Below are positions 51,164 through 63,138 of a stretch of DNA of 64,000 nucleotides, in pieces. Origin of the DNA: Blepharisma stoltei ATCC 30299. Taxonomy: Eukaryota > Protista > Ciliophora. Position 1 is the first letter of the stretch, and each line of letters starts with the position of its first letter. A program made the position numbers and the translations under genes. The stretch spans positions 248,001 to 312,000 of the forward strand of contig CBFDEM010000045.1 of the NCBI GenBank assembly GCA_965603825.1, given 5' to 3'. The notes under the pieces were generated by a model. It was not told the DNA's origin. It did no database searches and worked only from the letters and a program-made list of their open reading frames with translations.

Positions 51164-54100
51164 TTAATAGTTCAATTTGGCTTTTAACTCTGTCATTGTT
51201 TTAACAAGTTTTAGCCTTTCCCTTTGGTTAAACTGATGTGAATTAGCAAAATCATAAGCCATCTGTACAGGGTCGTCTCCTGGGCGCACCTCAAATTTTT
51301 CGACTTTTCCTGGTCCGAGATTCATTTGAATGACAACTGGTTTTTTCTCTTTTTGGGGTTTGCCGCTATCTGCTAGCTTGGCAACTTCTTGAACATTTTT
51401 TGGAGCCTCAGACATGGAGGATTGATGATGTTCTGATATGTTTTCTTCACTTTTGGTCAGGCTTAAATATTGATATGGAAATAGAGATACTCTCTCTTTA
51501 TCTTCCTCCATACCTATACTTCCCCTACTTGGTGAGCTTTCTAATTTTGCTTGATTCGTCATATCTGATTCGAAATTATTTACTATTTTCGGACTTTCTA
51601 TAATTGAGGATGTATTTTCTAGCATCATCGAAACACTGACATCTTTTGCAAAAGCTTTTTCTGCTGAAAGGTAATTTTCTTGAATGACTTTAGTCTCAGG
51701 TTCATGAACTATTGTAGAAGGAGCTATTTTGTTGGCTGTTTCACTATTTTCATATGGCTTAGTGGTGTTTTTATCAGTTGTTTTTATTATTGCGCTAGAA
51801 GAGCCAGTTTTGAAATTTTTTGCTTCATATTCTTTAGATTCGTCATTGGTTGATTGCACTGGAATTTCGGATTCAATTTTAAGAATAATTTCTGACTGTG
51901 GAACTTTATCTTTCTCCACTGCAGATGAATTAGTATTCCTATCTAACTGCAGTGAAATGCCATTATATGAGGTATTACTTGATTCCTTCTCTGTATTAAT
52001 AATATTAGAGCTCTCATTTTCCTTTTGTATTGCTTCTGTCTCAGGATTATTTTCCAAAAATGGAGCAGACGAGCCAATAATGGTCCCTTCTTTAGAATTT
52101 TGAAACTCAGGATTCAGAGAAATTGCGACAGGCTCGACTTGAATTTCTACAGCAGTTTCTTGCCCTTCCCTACCCAAAGCTTCAACCTTATTTTCTTCGA
52201 GATCTTTTTTATATAAGTTTTGCTCCATATCTTCTTTTCTCCTGTAATCAATGCTAATTTTCCCCTCTTCTTCAAAGCTTTTGATACTTTCATGCTTTGA
52301 TTCAATGCTCTGAGTAAGCTTGGCTTGCTCATTATCTTCTTCAATCTCTAGATTTGCTACATTAGCTATTCTTGATTCAATGCTAGCATCTAGCTCTGAA
52401 GTTTTGTGATCCAGACTCTTGTCTCTTATATTTATTTCCTCAATGTTTTTGCTGTCAGCCTGCTTAATGGTCTCTTGATTATTTTCATCTATTCTTAAGC
52501 TGCTAATTTCTTCGATATTTGTCTTTTCTTCTAAATTAGAATTATTTGATTTAGAGCCTAAAGCATATTGAGTTTCAGCAACCTCTTTTGCAATTATTTC
52601 GCCCTCTATATCAGTACCTTCGATTTGTGGGAAAAGCTTAGGAATATTTTGTGATTCCAAGCTCATCTTTGCATGTTCTTCAGTATTTTTAATGTCACGT
52701 TGATGAATTTCTGGATTCTGCTCTGATTTTTCTTTTTCCTTGATATTTTTATTATCACTTTCGCTCTCACTTTGTCTAATACCAGAGGAAATTAGAATTT
52801 GGCTGCTATCTTCAGTGACACCCATTTTCACATCTTCGTTAGCATTAGGGTTTGCTTCTTCAATGACACCATAATTCACATCTTCATTAGCGTTAGCGTT
52901 CTCACCTTCAATAATACGGATTTTCACTTCTTCAGCAGCATTAGTTTTTCCTTCTTCATTCATGTTCGTTTTCCCTTCTTCATTAATGTCAATTTTCCCT
53001 TCTTCAGTAGCGTTAGTTTTTCCTTCTTCATTAGTATAGGTTTTCCCTTCTTCAATAGCGTTAGTTTTCCCTTCTTCGATATCACCCTCTTTAACTTCTT
53101 TAGTAAAGTCCAATTCTGCTTCTTCATTATCGCTCTTTTTAACTTCTTTAGTAGAGTCCAATTCTGCTTCTTCAATATCGCTCTTTTTCACTTCAATAGT
53201 TTTGGTTTTACCTTCTTCATTATTGCCAGTTTTTCCTTCTTCATTAGTGTCATTTTTTCCTTCTTCAATAGCCTCAGTCTTTATTTCTTCGATAACATTA
53301 GTTTTCCCTTCTTCAATAGCAATGGCTTTCCCTTCTTCAATAGCACGGGTTTTCCCTTCTTCAATAGCATCAGTTTTCAATTCGTCAAAATCACTCTTTT
53401 TCACTTCATCATTAGCACCAATTTTCACTTCGTCAATATCACTTTTTATCACTTCAATATTAGAGCCGATTTTCACTTCGTCAATATCACCCTTTTTAAC
53501 TTCTTCAGTAGCATCGATTTTCACTTCGTCAATATCACCCTTTTTAATTTCTTTAGTAGCACCGATTTCTATTTTATCAATATCGCCTGTTTTCACTTCT
53601 TCAGTAGCATCGATTTTCACTTCTTCAAGAACTTCAGCAGCACCTATTTTCACTCCGTCAATATCACCCGTTTTAACTTCTTCAGTAGCATCGATTTTCA
53701 ATTCGTCAATATCACCCTTTTTAATTTCTTCCGCAGCACCAATTTCCATTTCGTCAATATCACCCGTTTTCACTTCTTGAGTATCATCGATTTTCACTTC
53801 TTCAATAACTTCAGTTTTTATTTCTTCAATATCACTAACTTTCAATTTTTCAATAGCATCAGTTTTAAGCTCAATAATGTCATTTTCACCTTTTTCCATA
53901 ACATTTGTTTTAACTTTTTCAATAAAATCAGTTTTAGCTCTTTCAATAGTATCAGATTTAGCTTCATGAATGGTATCAATTTTTACTTCTTCAATGGCAT
54001 TAGCTTTTAATTTTTCAATAGCATCTTTTTCCCCTTCTCCAGCATCTCCAGTCTCCCCTTCTTCATACACTCCCGTTTTTATTTTTTCAATAAAGCCAGC

Positions 54101-57100
54101 CTTGACTCCACTAGTGTCATTTTCCACTTTTTGAATGGTTTCAGTTTTTACTTCTTCACTAGCATCAATTTTCACTTCTTCAATAGCTTGAGTATCGCCT
54201 TCTTCAATAACACTCATTTTCCCTTCTTCAATAGTCTCACTTTCACGTATTTCAATAGGGTTAGTTTTACCTTCTACAATACTGTATTTATTCTTCTCTT
54301 CAATTATATCGATATAATCTATTTTTGAATCAATTTCTGATCTGAGTGTAGATGAGTCTCGAACTTTGCTATCTTTGCCGACATATTGATTTTCTTTTTC
54401 AGTATTCCTAATATCTTTACTTTTGGGATCAGGGCTCGCATTGAAAGCAGGATCATTATGCACTCCTAGAATCTCTTTGGCTAGATCTTTTTTCTCTTCT
54501 TCAATATTCTTAATATCGATATCTGAATCAATCCCCAAGCTGAGTTCAGAAGTGCTTTTCACTTCGGAATGGATCTCTTCCATTTCATCTTTTTTCCCTT
54601 CTTCTATATTCTTGAAATCGCTTTTTACTGAGTCAACACTTGAGCTGAGTCCAAAGACTTTTTTAGTTTCGTCAATATCTTTAGTGTCCTCCTCCCTGGT
54701 GAGATTTAAGCTACCTTTTTCTAAATTTTCAATATCCTGGATGCCACATCTTCTTGAATCAGCAACTGAGCTGGAAGCATTTTGTAATTCTAGAATTTCA
54801 TCAATATCTGCTTTTTTCTCTTCTTCAATATTTCTTATTTCATCTCTTATTGTTTCCAAACCTTTATTAAATTCAGAATCATTTTTCACTCTAACAATCA
54901 GCTTATTATCTATTATTTTCTCTTCAGATATTTGCGAATCATCATCTATTTTGAGTGCAGAATTATTTTCTGTGATAGCAATATCTTCATTGACATCTTT
55001 TTTCTCTTCTTCAAGGCTCTTTTTAATGCTTAGCTCTAGATCTGTGCTTAAATTATGTTTATCGCTCAAAACATTTTCTTCATTGGTATTTTTAATATGT
55101 CCACTTATGATATTTTTTTCTTCCTCAGAATTTTTGATAATGTTTTGTCTTAAATCAATAGTAGTTTGGGAAATATTTTCTGGGTCACTGATGTCTTCAC
55201 TATCTTTTTTTTCTATCCCCGCAATATGGCTTTGCTTAACTTCTAAACTATGAGGTGAAATTAGTTGAGCTTCATTGTTGCTTGGTCTAAGAATCACATC
55301 CTCTGCCTGTTGATTTTTGATATCATTTTGTTCAGAAGCAATGATAGAAATATTTTGGGTGCCACTGATGCTTTCATTATTCATTTTTTCCTCATTCTTA
55401 ACATTTCTTCCAGTATCTGAGCCAGATGTGAAATAATTTTGCGAATCTTTACTGCTTTGTGCAGCTAGTATTTCTTCTCCAGCAACATTTTTTAAGTAAT
55501 CTTGTTTGGGAATGCTACGATTTTCAATAATTTCAGTGTTTAGTCTTTTATCTTCGTTAATATGCTTAATATCCCCTTCTTTTGGTTCAATGCTAAAATC
55601 CATAGAATTTTGAATTTGAGCACCATTACTCTCCAGATCAAAAGTTTTTATTTCATGTACTTTTAACTCAGTTTTTAAATCACTATTTGCAAAATGTTGC
55701 GCTTCCTTGATACTTTCCTTATCTCCTTCTTTTATTTCTTCAACAATCACAGCATCGTCCTTTTTTGACTCAATTTTTGAGCCAAATCCATGAGCACTTT
55801 GTGCTTCACTAGAACTTTGAACACTAATTTTTTGCACTTCTTCAATACCTTTTAAATAATTATTTTGTAAATTACTTTCAGAATCAATAGCAGAGATATT
55901 TTGACCTCCAAAATCTTGAATAAATGTACTATTTTCTTTTTCAATAATTTCAGAATCAACTTTTCTTTCTTCATTTATAATTCCAGTTCTAATGATTATT
56001 TCATCAGAAGCTTTAAAATTACCTTCAGAGCTAAGCCCAGAAATATTTTGCTTTTCGAAATCTTTATTAGACAATTTTTTCTCTTTTTCAATGTTTTCAG
56101 TGTCAGCCTTTCTTCCCTCCTTAGCGATGTCAGAACTATTAAGTGCCTCATCAGAAGTTTGACTTTCTATAAGGAGAGGCGCTTTTATTTCTAGAGAAAC
56201 ATTGTGAGTCTTTCTATTATCCTTGGCAGCTATTTTTGGATTGTAATCAATTTTTATATCATTGCTGCTTTCCTCTTCCTCTTCTTCTTCATAATTATCT
56301 AAAATTGGAGATAGCTTAAGATCAACAATCTTTATATCAGTCAACGATTTCTCAGTTATTTCACTTTCCGTTCGGGGACTTCTTTCCCCTAGATTCCTAT
56401 AAGTATCATTAATAATTTTGAACTCTTTTTCTCTCTCTGATTTCTCTTGATCTTTCTGATGGTGCTTTTCAATGACTATTTTACTTTTATCGGTCTTCTC
56501 CAAACTTTGGGTAGTAGAAGTTTGTTTATAATCTTCTTCTTCTCTTTTAGATTCTATAGCTTCTTTATCTCTTTTCAGGCTTGAATTTTCTTCTTTTCTT
56601 TGAGTTTCCAGCTTAGAAGGCTGAACAGAATCCTTATTTTCTATCAAAGATTTCTTTTCATGTTTCCCTGCAGTCTGTTCTTCAACAATCTCACTTTCAA
56701 AGTTAAAATGAGCACTTCTTGCACTTAGACTTATTTCGCTTGACTTATTATTTGTTCGATTTGTATCAAGTGTTGTATTCTCTATTATTTTTTCTTCTTC
56801 AAGCTCTGGGTTGCCTTTTGTTGTGTAGGGCTCCTGCAAAGATTTTTTAGCTTTCGAAAAGTCAAAGCTGCTTTTCACTTCATCTCTTACAGAGATAACT
56901 CTGGCATTTTCGTCTCGAAGCATTGATCTTATGCCTGTTGTTGTCAAGAGCTGCTGTAGATCTTCGTTTTTGAAAAATTTATCTATAAATTGTTTAGTAT
57001 CTATGTGCTCCTCTGACCCCATAATTTTGGCTGCCAATTTTTTGACTAAACCTGATTTATTTTTGTTTAATTCTTGAGAAAACCTTTTGATTTCATCTTC

Positions 57101-57592
57101 AGTTAATTTTCCTTCACCTTCTGCTAAATGTGGAGATATGACCACTGCAACTTCAATTAGATCTTCAATTAACTTTTGGGCATTATTTTCAGTGATTGAG
57201 CCGTTTTCACCACCTAATTCAAAATATTTCGAAAGTAGTTTAATTTTTTCAGTCAAGCTGCCTTGTCCTATAAGCAGAGAAGACAAATACAGCTTTTTTG
57301 TGATAAAATTCCCATTATCATCCAGCAGCTCATTTGAAAAAGAAGCAAATTGGGACTCTGAGCTTGTTAATAAATCGACCTGGATGCCTATATTTCTACA
57401 TGCAATTTCTAGCTGGGTAAAGGTTAGCCTTCCTGATTTGCCTTGAAGTAAAAACTCATTTGTGAGGGTCTGGGCAGATTTATCGGAAAAAGGATTGTCA
57501 TTTTCTTGCTGATGAATTACAATTTCTTCTTCAGGAAGTTCTTGGGCTGGAGTAAGCTCAGCACCTCCAGTTCGGCCGTTGCAGCATCCCAT
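51164..57592 (-). CDS. Giant acidic low-complexity repeat protein, 2142 aa, MGCC acylation-type N-terminus
   Basis: Uninterrupted ORF, E/K/I-rich. Globular-looking first ~230 aa and last ~60 aa; tandem repeats inside. Confidence 0.9.
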   Translation of the reverse strand: MGCCNGRTGGAELTPAQELPEEEIVIHQQENDNPFSDKSAQTLTNEFLLQGKSGRLTFTQLEIACRNIGIQVDLLTSSESQFASFSNELLDDNGNFITKKLYLSSLLIGQGSLTEKIKLLSKYFELGGENGSITENNAQKLIEDLIEVAVVISPHLAEGEGKLTEDEIKRFSQELNKNKSGLVKKLAAKIMGSEEHIDTKQFIDKFFKNEDLQQLLTTTGIRSMLRDENARVISVRDEVKSSFDFSKAKKSLQEPYTTKGNPELEEEKIIENTTLDTNRTNNKSSEISLSARSAHFNFESEIVEEQTAGKHEKKSLIENKDSVQPSKLETQRKEENSSLKRDKEAIESKREEEDYKQTSTTQSLEKTDKSKIVIEKHHQKDQEKSEREKEFKIINDTYRNLGERSPRTESEITEKSLTDIKIVDLKLSPILDNYEEEEEEESSNDIKIDYNPKIAAKDNRKTHNVSLEIKAPLLIESQTSDEALNSSDIAKEGRKADTENIEKEKKLSNKDFEKQNISGLSSEGNFKASDEIIIRTGIINEERKVDSEIIEKENSTFIQDFGGQNISAIDSESNLQNNYLKGIEEVQKISVQSSSEAQSAHGFGSKIESKKDDAVIVEEIKEGDKESIKEAQHFANSDLKTELKVHEIKTFDLESNGAQIQNSMDFSIEPKEGDIKHINEDKRLNTEIIENRSIPKQDYLKNVAGEEILAAQSSKDSQNYFTSGSDTGRNVKNEEKMNNESISGTQNISIIASEQNDIKNQQAEDVILRPSNNEAQLISPHSLEVKQSHIAGIEKKDSEDISDPENISQTTIDLRQNIIKNSEEEKNIISGHIKNTNEENVLSDKHNLSTDLELSIKKSLEEEKKDVNEDIAITENNSALKIDDDSQISEEKIIDNKLIVRVKNDSEFNKGLETIRDEIRNIEEEKKADIDEILELQNASSSVADSRRCGIQDIENLEKGSLNLTREEDTKDIDETKKVFGLSSSVDSVKSDFKNIEEGKKDEMEEIHSEVKSTSELSLGIDSDIDIKNIEEEKKDLAKEILGVHNDPAFNASPDPKSKDIRNTEKENQYVGKDSKVRDSSTLRSEIDSKIDYIDIIEEKNKYSIVEGKTNPIEIRESETIEEGKMSVIEEGDTQAIEEVKIDASEEVKTETIQKVENDTSGVKAGFIEKIKTGVYEEGETGDAGEGEKDAIEKLKANAIEEVKIDTIHEAKSDTIERAKTDFIEKVKTNVMEKGENDIIELKTDAIEKLKVSDIEEIKTEVIEEVKIDDTQEVKTGDIDEMEIGAAEEIKKGDIDELKIDATEEVKTGDIDGVKIGAAEVLEEVKIDATEEVKTGDIDKIEIGATKEIKKGDIDEVKIDATEEVKKGDIDEVKIGSNIEVIKSDIDEVKIGANDEVKKSDFDELKTDAIEEGKTRAIEEGKAIAIEEGKTNVIEEIKTEAIEEGKNDTNEEGKTGNNEEGKTKTIEVKKSDIEEAELDSTKEVKKSDNEEAELDFTKEVKEGDIEEGKTNAIEEGKTYTNEEGKTNATEEGKIDINEEGKTNMNEEGKTNAAEEVKIRIIEGENANANEDVNYGVIEEANPNANEDVKMGVTEDSSQILISSGIRQSESESDNKNIKEKEKSEQNPEIHQRDIKNTEEHAKMSLESQNIPKLFPQIEGTDIEGEIIAKEVAETQYALGSKSNNSNLEEKTNIEEISSLRIDENNQETIKQADSKNIEEINIRDKSLDHKTSELDASIESRIANVANLEIEEDNEQAKLTQSIESKHESIKSFEEEGKISIDYRRKEDMEQNLYKKDLEENKVEALGREGQETAVEIQVEPVAISLNPEFQNSKEGTIIGSSAPFLENNPETEAIQKENESSNIINTEKESSNTSYNGISLQLDRNTNSSAVEKDKVPQSEIILKIESEIPVQSTNDESKEYEAKNFKTGSSSAIIKTTDKNTTKPYENSETANKIAPSTIVHEPETKVIQENYLSAEKAFAKDVSVSMMLENTSSIIESPKIVNNFESDMTNQAKLESSPSRGSIGMEEDKERVSLFPYQYLSLTKSEENISEHHQSSMSEAPKNVQEVAKLADSGKPQKEKKPVVIQMNLGPGKVEKFEVRPGDDPVQMAYDFANSHQFNQRERLKLVKTMTELKAKLNY
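52810..54290 (-). repeat. Coding tandem repeat, 24-nt/8-aa unit ([I/T/N]EE[G/V]K[T/I]xx) with a 16-aa higher-order unit (EEVKTGDIDEVKIDAT)
   Basis: Recurrent ttttcacttcttc and ttttcccttcttcaat on the + strand at ~24-nt spacing. Roughly 60 units by length; boundaries approximate. Confidence 0.88.
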
Positions 57593-57985
57593 TTACAAAA
57601 TTATAAAAATAATAAAGATTATTTGCTTATTAATTACATTTTTGTGCCATTATTTAAGGATCAGTTTTGTAGCAAACATCAAAACATTTAAATTTTTTAT
57701 TGTGCCCTAAAATAATTATTAATAAAAAAATTGCTTGTGAAATGCAAAATTTATTATAGCCATAATATTTCTGATTATAATCCATAAAATGCAATTTTAT
57801 CATTAATAAGCCAAATTCCAAAAAGATTTGATATAATGAAATGGTATATGATCTGATATTGTTTTTTCATCACCTAGAAATAGTAAAAACTAATTTATCA
57901 AATAAATAGACCAATTAATTTAGTTTTCATTAGGCACCTAAAAAAAGCCAGTCAGTACAGTCATAATATCATAATAGTAATAAAT

Positions 57986-59437
57986 ATGATTTCAATCTTT
58001 GATGAAATTGACACCAAAGTGAATAACTGCACGCAGTTTTGACACTCATTAGACGAGTACGCATTGGAAGATATCAAAGAGAATAAAATATTTGAAGGAG
58101 TTTTAAGGCTTCTGAGCGCAAATAAACTGGGAAAAGAGAGACTATTTGTTTTAACTAAAACATCAATATACTCGTTTAACAAAAGGAATGACCGGATTCC
58201 TCAATTAATGTCTAAAATCAACTGAAAACTTGTTGAAGCTTTCATTGAACACAATCTAGAAGAAGAACGTTACGGATTTAAGATATTCCAAAATACTATA
58301 TCTCAAGATTTTTTTGTTAAAAGTTCTGAGGATCTAGATATATGGATCAACCATCTTTCTTCCATATCAATTATGACTGATTTAGAAGACGATTATTCAT
58401 TTATAAAACAAATCGGAAAAGGCAGCTTTGCAGATGTTTATCTTGCTCAAGATTTAGATAATGATGATAAATACGCCATTAAGCGGATCTCGAAAAATAA
58501 AAGTCAGATGAATGCGATTGGTAGCAAAGGGATGATAAATGAAATTGAAATCATGAGAAAACTTAAGCATCCTTATATACTTACATTGCACAAAATTTAT
58601 GAAACTGAGCATCATATAAATTTAATTTTGGACTATGTAGAAGGGGGTGAGCTTTTCCAAAGAATAATGCAAAATGGCAAAATCCTTGAGTCTTATGCAG
58701 CTAAATTCTGTGCTAATTTATTAGATGCTCTTGAATATCTTCATTCACAGAATATAATGCATAGAGATCTGAAGCCAGAAAACATACTAATGGTATCCAA
58801 ATTTAATGATTATGAGTTTAAAATCTCTGATTTCGGCTTAGCAGTGCAAACACAAGAAAAACAAGAATTAAGATGTGGATCCCCAGGGTATGTTGCGCCT
58901 GAAATATTAAGAAAAGAGCCTTATGGGAAAGAAATTGATCTTTTCAGCACTGGGATTTTGATGTATGTCATTTTATCCGGGAGGGCTCCATTCCCAGGAA
59001 AAGACACAAAAGAGATTTTATATAGAAATAAAGAGTGTAGAATTTATTTCCAAGATAAATATTGAAATGAAATTTCTCAAAAAGCAATTGACATGGTCCA
59101 GAGGCTTACTGATCCTAATCCGGAGTTCAGGATATCAATTAATGATGCCAAAGAGCACCCTTGAATTTCTTTTTTGACAAAAAAAACTCATAGAAAAATA
59201 TACATCCCAAAGCAATTAGAAGAATCAAAAGACAAAATTGTATCTCCAAGAAGTGGCAATGCAAGTATGATTAAAATCAGTTATCGAGCACATAATGAAA
59301 AAAGAGGAGAGCATGGTTTTGCAACAGAAAGGGTTGGAAAAGACAAGCATAGCTGGGTAGGTGTATTATTGAAAAAACATCACAAAATAGTTACTCCTAC
59401 CCATAGGGCTAAAATAATGGCATCAGGTGACGAATAA
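57986..59437 (+). CDS. PH-like domain plus CAMK-group kinase, paralog 1, 483 aa
   Basis: ATG 57986 is in frame with 58373 through TGA codons. RYGFKI..QDFFV..LDIW (PH end); GKGSFA, HRDLKPEN, DFG, CGSPGYVAPE, HPW(tga). Confidence 0.9.
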
Positions 59438-59628
59438 ATATAATAGTTAATTCATGTATATAGCTTGCTACTATATTGCTGCATAAAAATTTAAATTTTA
59501 TATATCCATAAAAAGTATAAGATATAGAAGCGCATAAGGTAGAATCTAAAATAATTAGTCGATTGAAGCTGGCATTTTATTAAAGAATTATTTGATAATT
59601 TGGAGTTAAAGAGTCGTTATTTACAATT

Positions 59629-61110
59629 ATGGCTTCAGTTTTTTCTGAAATAGACAGGAGAACCAACAAATCTTCACTTTTTTGGCATCACTCTGAATCC
59701 AACCCAATGCTTGATATTGATCAAAATAAACTATATGAAGGTGTTCTGAAGATCCCAATTCCAAACTCTTTATGGAAAGAAAGAAAATTTGTCCTTACAA
59801 AGTCCTCGATTTATTACTATGAAGAAGGGGGTAACTTATCCCAACTAAGATCTTGCATTTCTTGGAAGCATGCTGAGTCGTTTTATGAAAAATGCTCAGA
59901 CGAAATGAGATATGGCTTTAGAATTTCCCAAAACAGATCCTCTCAGGATTTTTATACAAAAAATACTGACGAGCTGGACATTTGAATGGGATTTTTATCA
60001 AAAGTCTGTATAATGAGCGATTTAGATGACAACTATGAAATTATTAAAGAGTTAGGGAAAGGGAAATACGCAGAAGTTTCTTTAGCTAAGGATTTAGATA
60101 CAAATGAAGAGGTTGCAATCAAATCTATTTCAAAAGAATTGATAAAAGAAAGCTCTCGAGGAGTTTCTGGAGTTGTTAATGAAATCGATATTATGAGGAA
60201 AATAAAGCATCCTAATGTTATTGGCCTACAGAAAGTTTTTGAAAGTGAGTCTCATGTGCATTTAATAGTGGATTACATCCCTGGAGGTGACCTTTTTCAA
60301 AGGATACTTGAAAAAGGCCCTTTTTCTTTAAAAATGGCTGAGAAATTTATAAAGAATTTGCTGTCAGTTTTGGATTATATTCACTCGATGAATATAATAC
60401 ATCGAGATATCAAACCTGAAAACATAATTATGAAAACCCACGAAAATGACTTTGATTTCAAGCTATCTGACTTCGGTTTAGCATCTGATTCTACAGAACC
60501 TCAAACCTTAAGATGTGGATCACTCGGATACGTAGCTCCAGAGATCTTAAGAAAAGAACCATACACTAAAAAAGTCGATGTTTTCTCAGCAGGAATAATT
60601 CTTTTCATTATTTTGACAGGCCAAGATCCTTTTCCAAGCAAAGACGCCAACGATAAGCTAAAACGAAACAAAAAAGGGGTTTTGTATTTCCAAGAAAAAT
60701 ATTGGAAAACGATCCCAAAAATTGCCATCGATTTATTAAGAAAATTAACCGAAAATGATCCTGAAGCAAGATATAATGCTAAGCAAGCTTTGCAGCATCC
60801 TTGGCTTAACCCAGGTAGGAATTTATTCGAAAATGACGAAATTAATTGCTCAAAAAAAGTGGCAGAGCGACTAAGCTTTGGGGATTCAAGTAAAAAAGAA
60901 ATGAAAAGGCCGTCATCTGTAGCACCAGATCTGAAAAGTGAGTATTTTAAAATAAGAATCAAACAAGGAAAACACTTCACAGTGCAGCAGCCTCATTGTA
61001 TCAGTAGAAGGAATAGTCCTAAAAAGCTGAGGGAGGCGATTTTAGCAAATCCAGGATATGATCATGTGGCTTCTAAAAAGCAGATTGGAAACTCTAATGG
61101 CTTATTATAA
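59629..61110 (+). CDS. PH-like domain plus CAMK-group kinase, paralog 2, 493 aa
   Basis: 59629-59985 and 59986-61110 abut in frame at ELDIW(tga)M and are colinear with paralog 1. Confidence 0.92.
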
Positions 61111-61320
61111 TTCTGATAATTAATCCTATAATATTGTTATTATAAATCTTTTCTCCAAACAAAATTTTTTATTATCATCGTATTAACCTTGCCTAATAAT
61201 TTGAATAAAATTTTGATACTCCTAAAATTTAAGAATGATTTATATAAAGAAAATCTCGTTATTTGCCTTTCTGAAATTATATTTCATAAATTAATCCATT
61301 TATTCAATGAGTTGATAAAT

Positions 61321-61869
61321 ATGAATTGGTACTCAATCTTTTGGAAATATTGGAGCTGGGTTGCCTTTCTTCCAATGCTTGCCTGCTGTCTTTATCGAAT
61401 GTTCACACAAAAAGACCTAAGAAATCTTAAAAAGCAGCCTGATAGAGAATTTTACGTTGACTGAGCATTTGAGTTTCTTTTATCACCTGGACTCTTCTAT
61501 TACACAATTGATTCACTATATATAATACTCCAATATGAAAATTACAGCTGGTGCAATCTTGGGTACCTTTCACATCATGTACTTACATTGGCAGGTGCAA
61601 GAGCAACTTTAACTGTTCCATACTATCCATGGACACTGATAGCACCATTTGTAATTCATTGCATGCTGATCATGTTTCCTTATATTTCAATACTCAATTA
61701 TATATACTTAGGAATAATTTTCAATAACTTTAGGATATTGCTGTCAGACCCCTGGCGTAACTTCGCTCAATATCGATGGGTACTTTACATTGGAATTAGC
61801 CTTGTCCTTATTCCATTTCCAATTTTATGGCTAAATTCATGCAAGAACGATATGCAAAACGTTAATTAG
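61321..61869 (+). CDS. Multi-TM protein, TLC (TRAM/LAG1/CLN8)-like, 182 aa
   Basis: ATG 61321; one TGA (61462) joins both ORFs. YYTIDSL..YLSHHVLTL resembles the TLC D..HH signature. Confidence 0.72.
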
Positions 61870-62447
61870 CTTAAACATTCAGGAATTAAATCTTTTTAAT
61901 TTAATCTTAAATAATGATGCAAAAGATAATAAAGATATTGCCTCTTCTTTCAAGAAAAAATATAGCCTAGCCTATAGCCACTTATATCAAATTGATATTA
62001 TTTGCAAGTTTGAGTGTAAGCATTACAATTTTCTTTTAAATTTCTCCTGCGACAGATATCAATTGAGAAGAAGACGATTTCTGCTATGCCCCCTATTTGA
62101 GCATATCTCAAACGCTTAAACTGTTTTATAAGCTGAGCTGATTATCAATTGATATGAAATTGATTTTTTAATAAGATCATCACTTACAGTTTCTGATATG
62201 CTTGGATCTTTTTCTAGCTCCCGCTTTATTACATTTCTGATGCTGATCCTTCTTTGTTCAAATATACAATTTTTTTGACTTGAACCCATTAAATTTTCAT
62301 TAAGCTGTAAAAATTATTTAATCTTTAAACTTTTATAATAAATAATTATAAATTATGGGATCCTAAAGCTATTGCAATTTGTATATTAGAATCTGTTCGA
62401 AAAATTTTTAAAAAATACAATTATATGAAAGACTAATTAATTATTAT

Positions 62448-63023
62448 TTAAGAGTAGCTTGAAAAACGCTTATGCTTAGGCGTTTCCTCTTCTCATGAGG
62501 ATAAATCTTGGTCTACTAAATATTCTTTGATTTCATCATCTTTCTTATATTTATAAGTTGAAATCATATTCATAGGTGTGTAAGGAGAATAACTTCTATC
62601 ATTTTGCTTTGATACGCTTCTAGCTGATATTGGAGTTAGAGATGATCTCTTGAACCCATAGCGAATATTTTCTTGTGCTGTTCTTTTTGAACTATCTGGG
62701 GAAATAGATGCCCTATGCTTCTGAAATTGTTCTTGTTTAAAAAACGAGTCAAATCCTCCAATATGAATAACCTTTGATGGATGTCTGATTTTCCAGCCTC
62801 TCATATATCATTTCCCATTTGTTCCAATTTTAGGTGTTTGCTGGGAAGTTCCAATTCTTGGAATATTTTTAAAATCAACGTCAAAGGGATTCAATTTTTT
62901 AGCAGGTTCTCGCTTCAGCTGATTTTTTTGAAAACTTGAATTTCATTTGAAGTCTACAATATTAATTTTCGTAACAGCATTAACTTGGAAGCATTTTTTG
63001 TGACTGATTTCAATTGAAACCAT
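62448..63023 (-). CDS. Hypothetical basic Ser-rich protein, 191 aa
   Basis: ATG 63023 to TAA 62448 is open with TGA=W and contains the 62493-62804 ORF. Confidence 0.72.
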
Positions 63024-63138
63024 ATTTCTCTAAAAACTCAAACGCCTTAAATTACACAAAAATGAGTTAAAATATAGTTAGGTCTAATTAAAAAGGTTAA
63101 AAAAATATAATGAGCATACAACGGCTTTCCTGAATATT

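Noticed and set aside
52810-54290. CRISPR-like or non-coding satellite array
   Set aside because: The units are degenerate 24-nt in-frame coding repeats with no unique spacers and no cas genes, in a eukaryotic context.
52799-55253. Long + strand ORFs (403, 192 and 276 aa) rich in Phe/Ser/Ile
   Set aside because: These are antisense shadows of the Glu/Lys-rich repeat protein. The same applies to the opposite-strand ORFs over PEPCK, TKT, GPD2 and the kinases.
61998-62289. Small - strand ORF (MGSSQKNC.., 57 aa) extendable by a 15-nt GTTTAAGCGTTTGAG intron
   Set aside because: The putative intron lacks A10 and a purine at +3, and no motif supports the product. It may be a small gene or a relic, but I cannot support a call.
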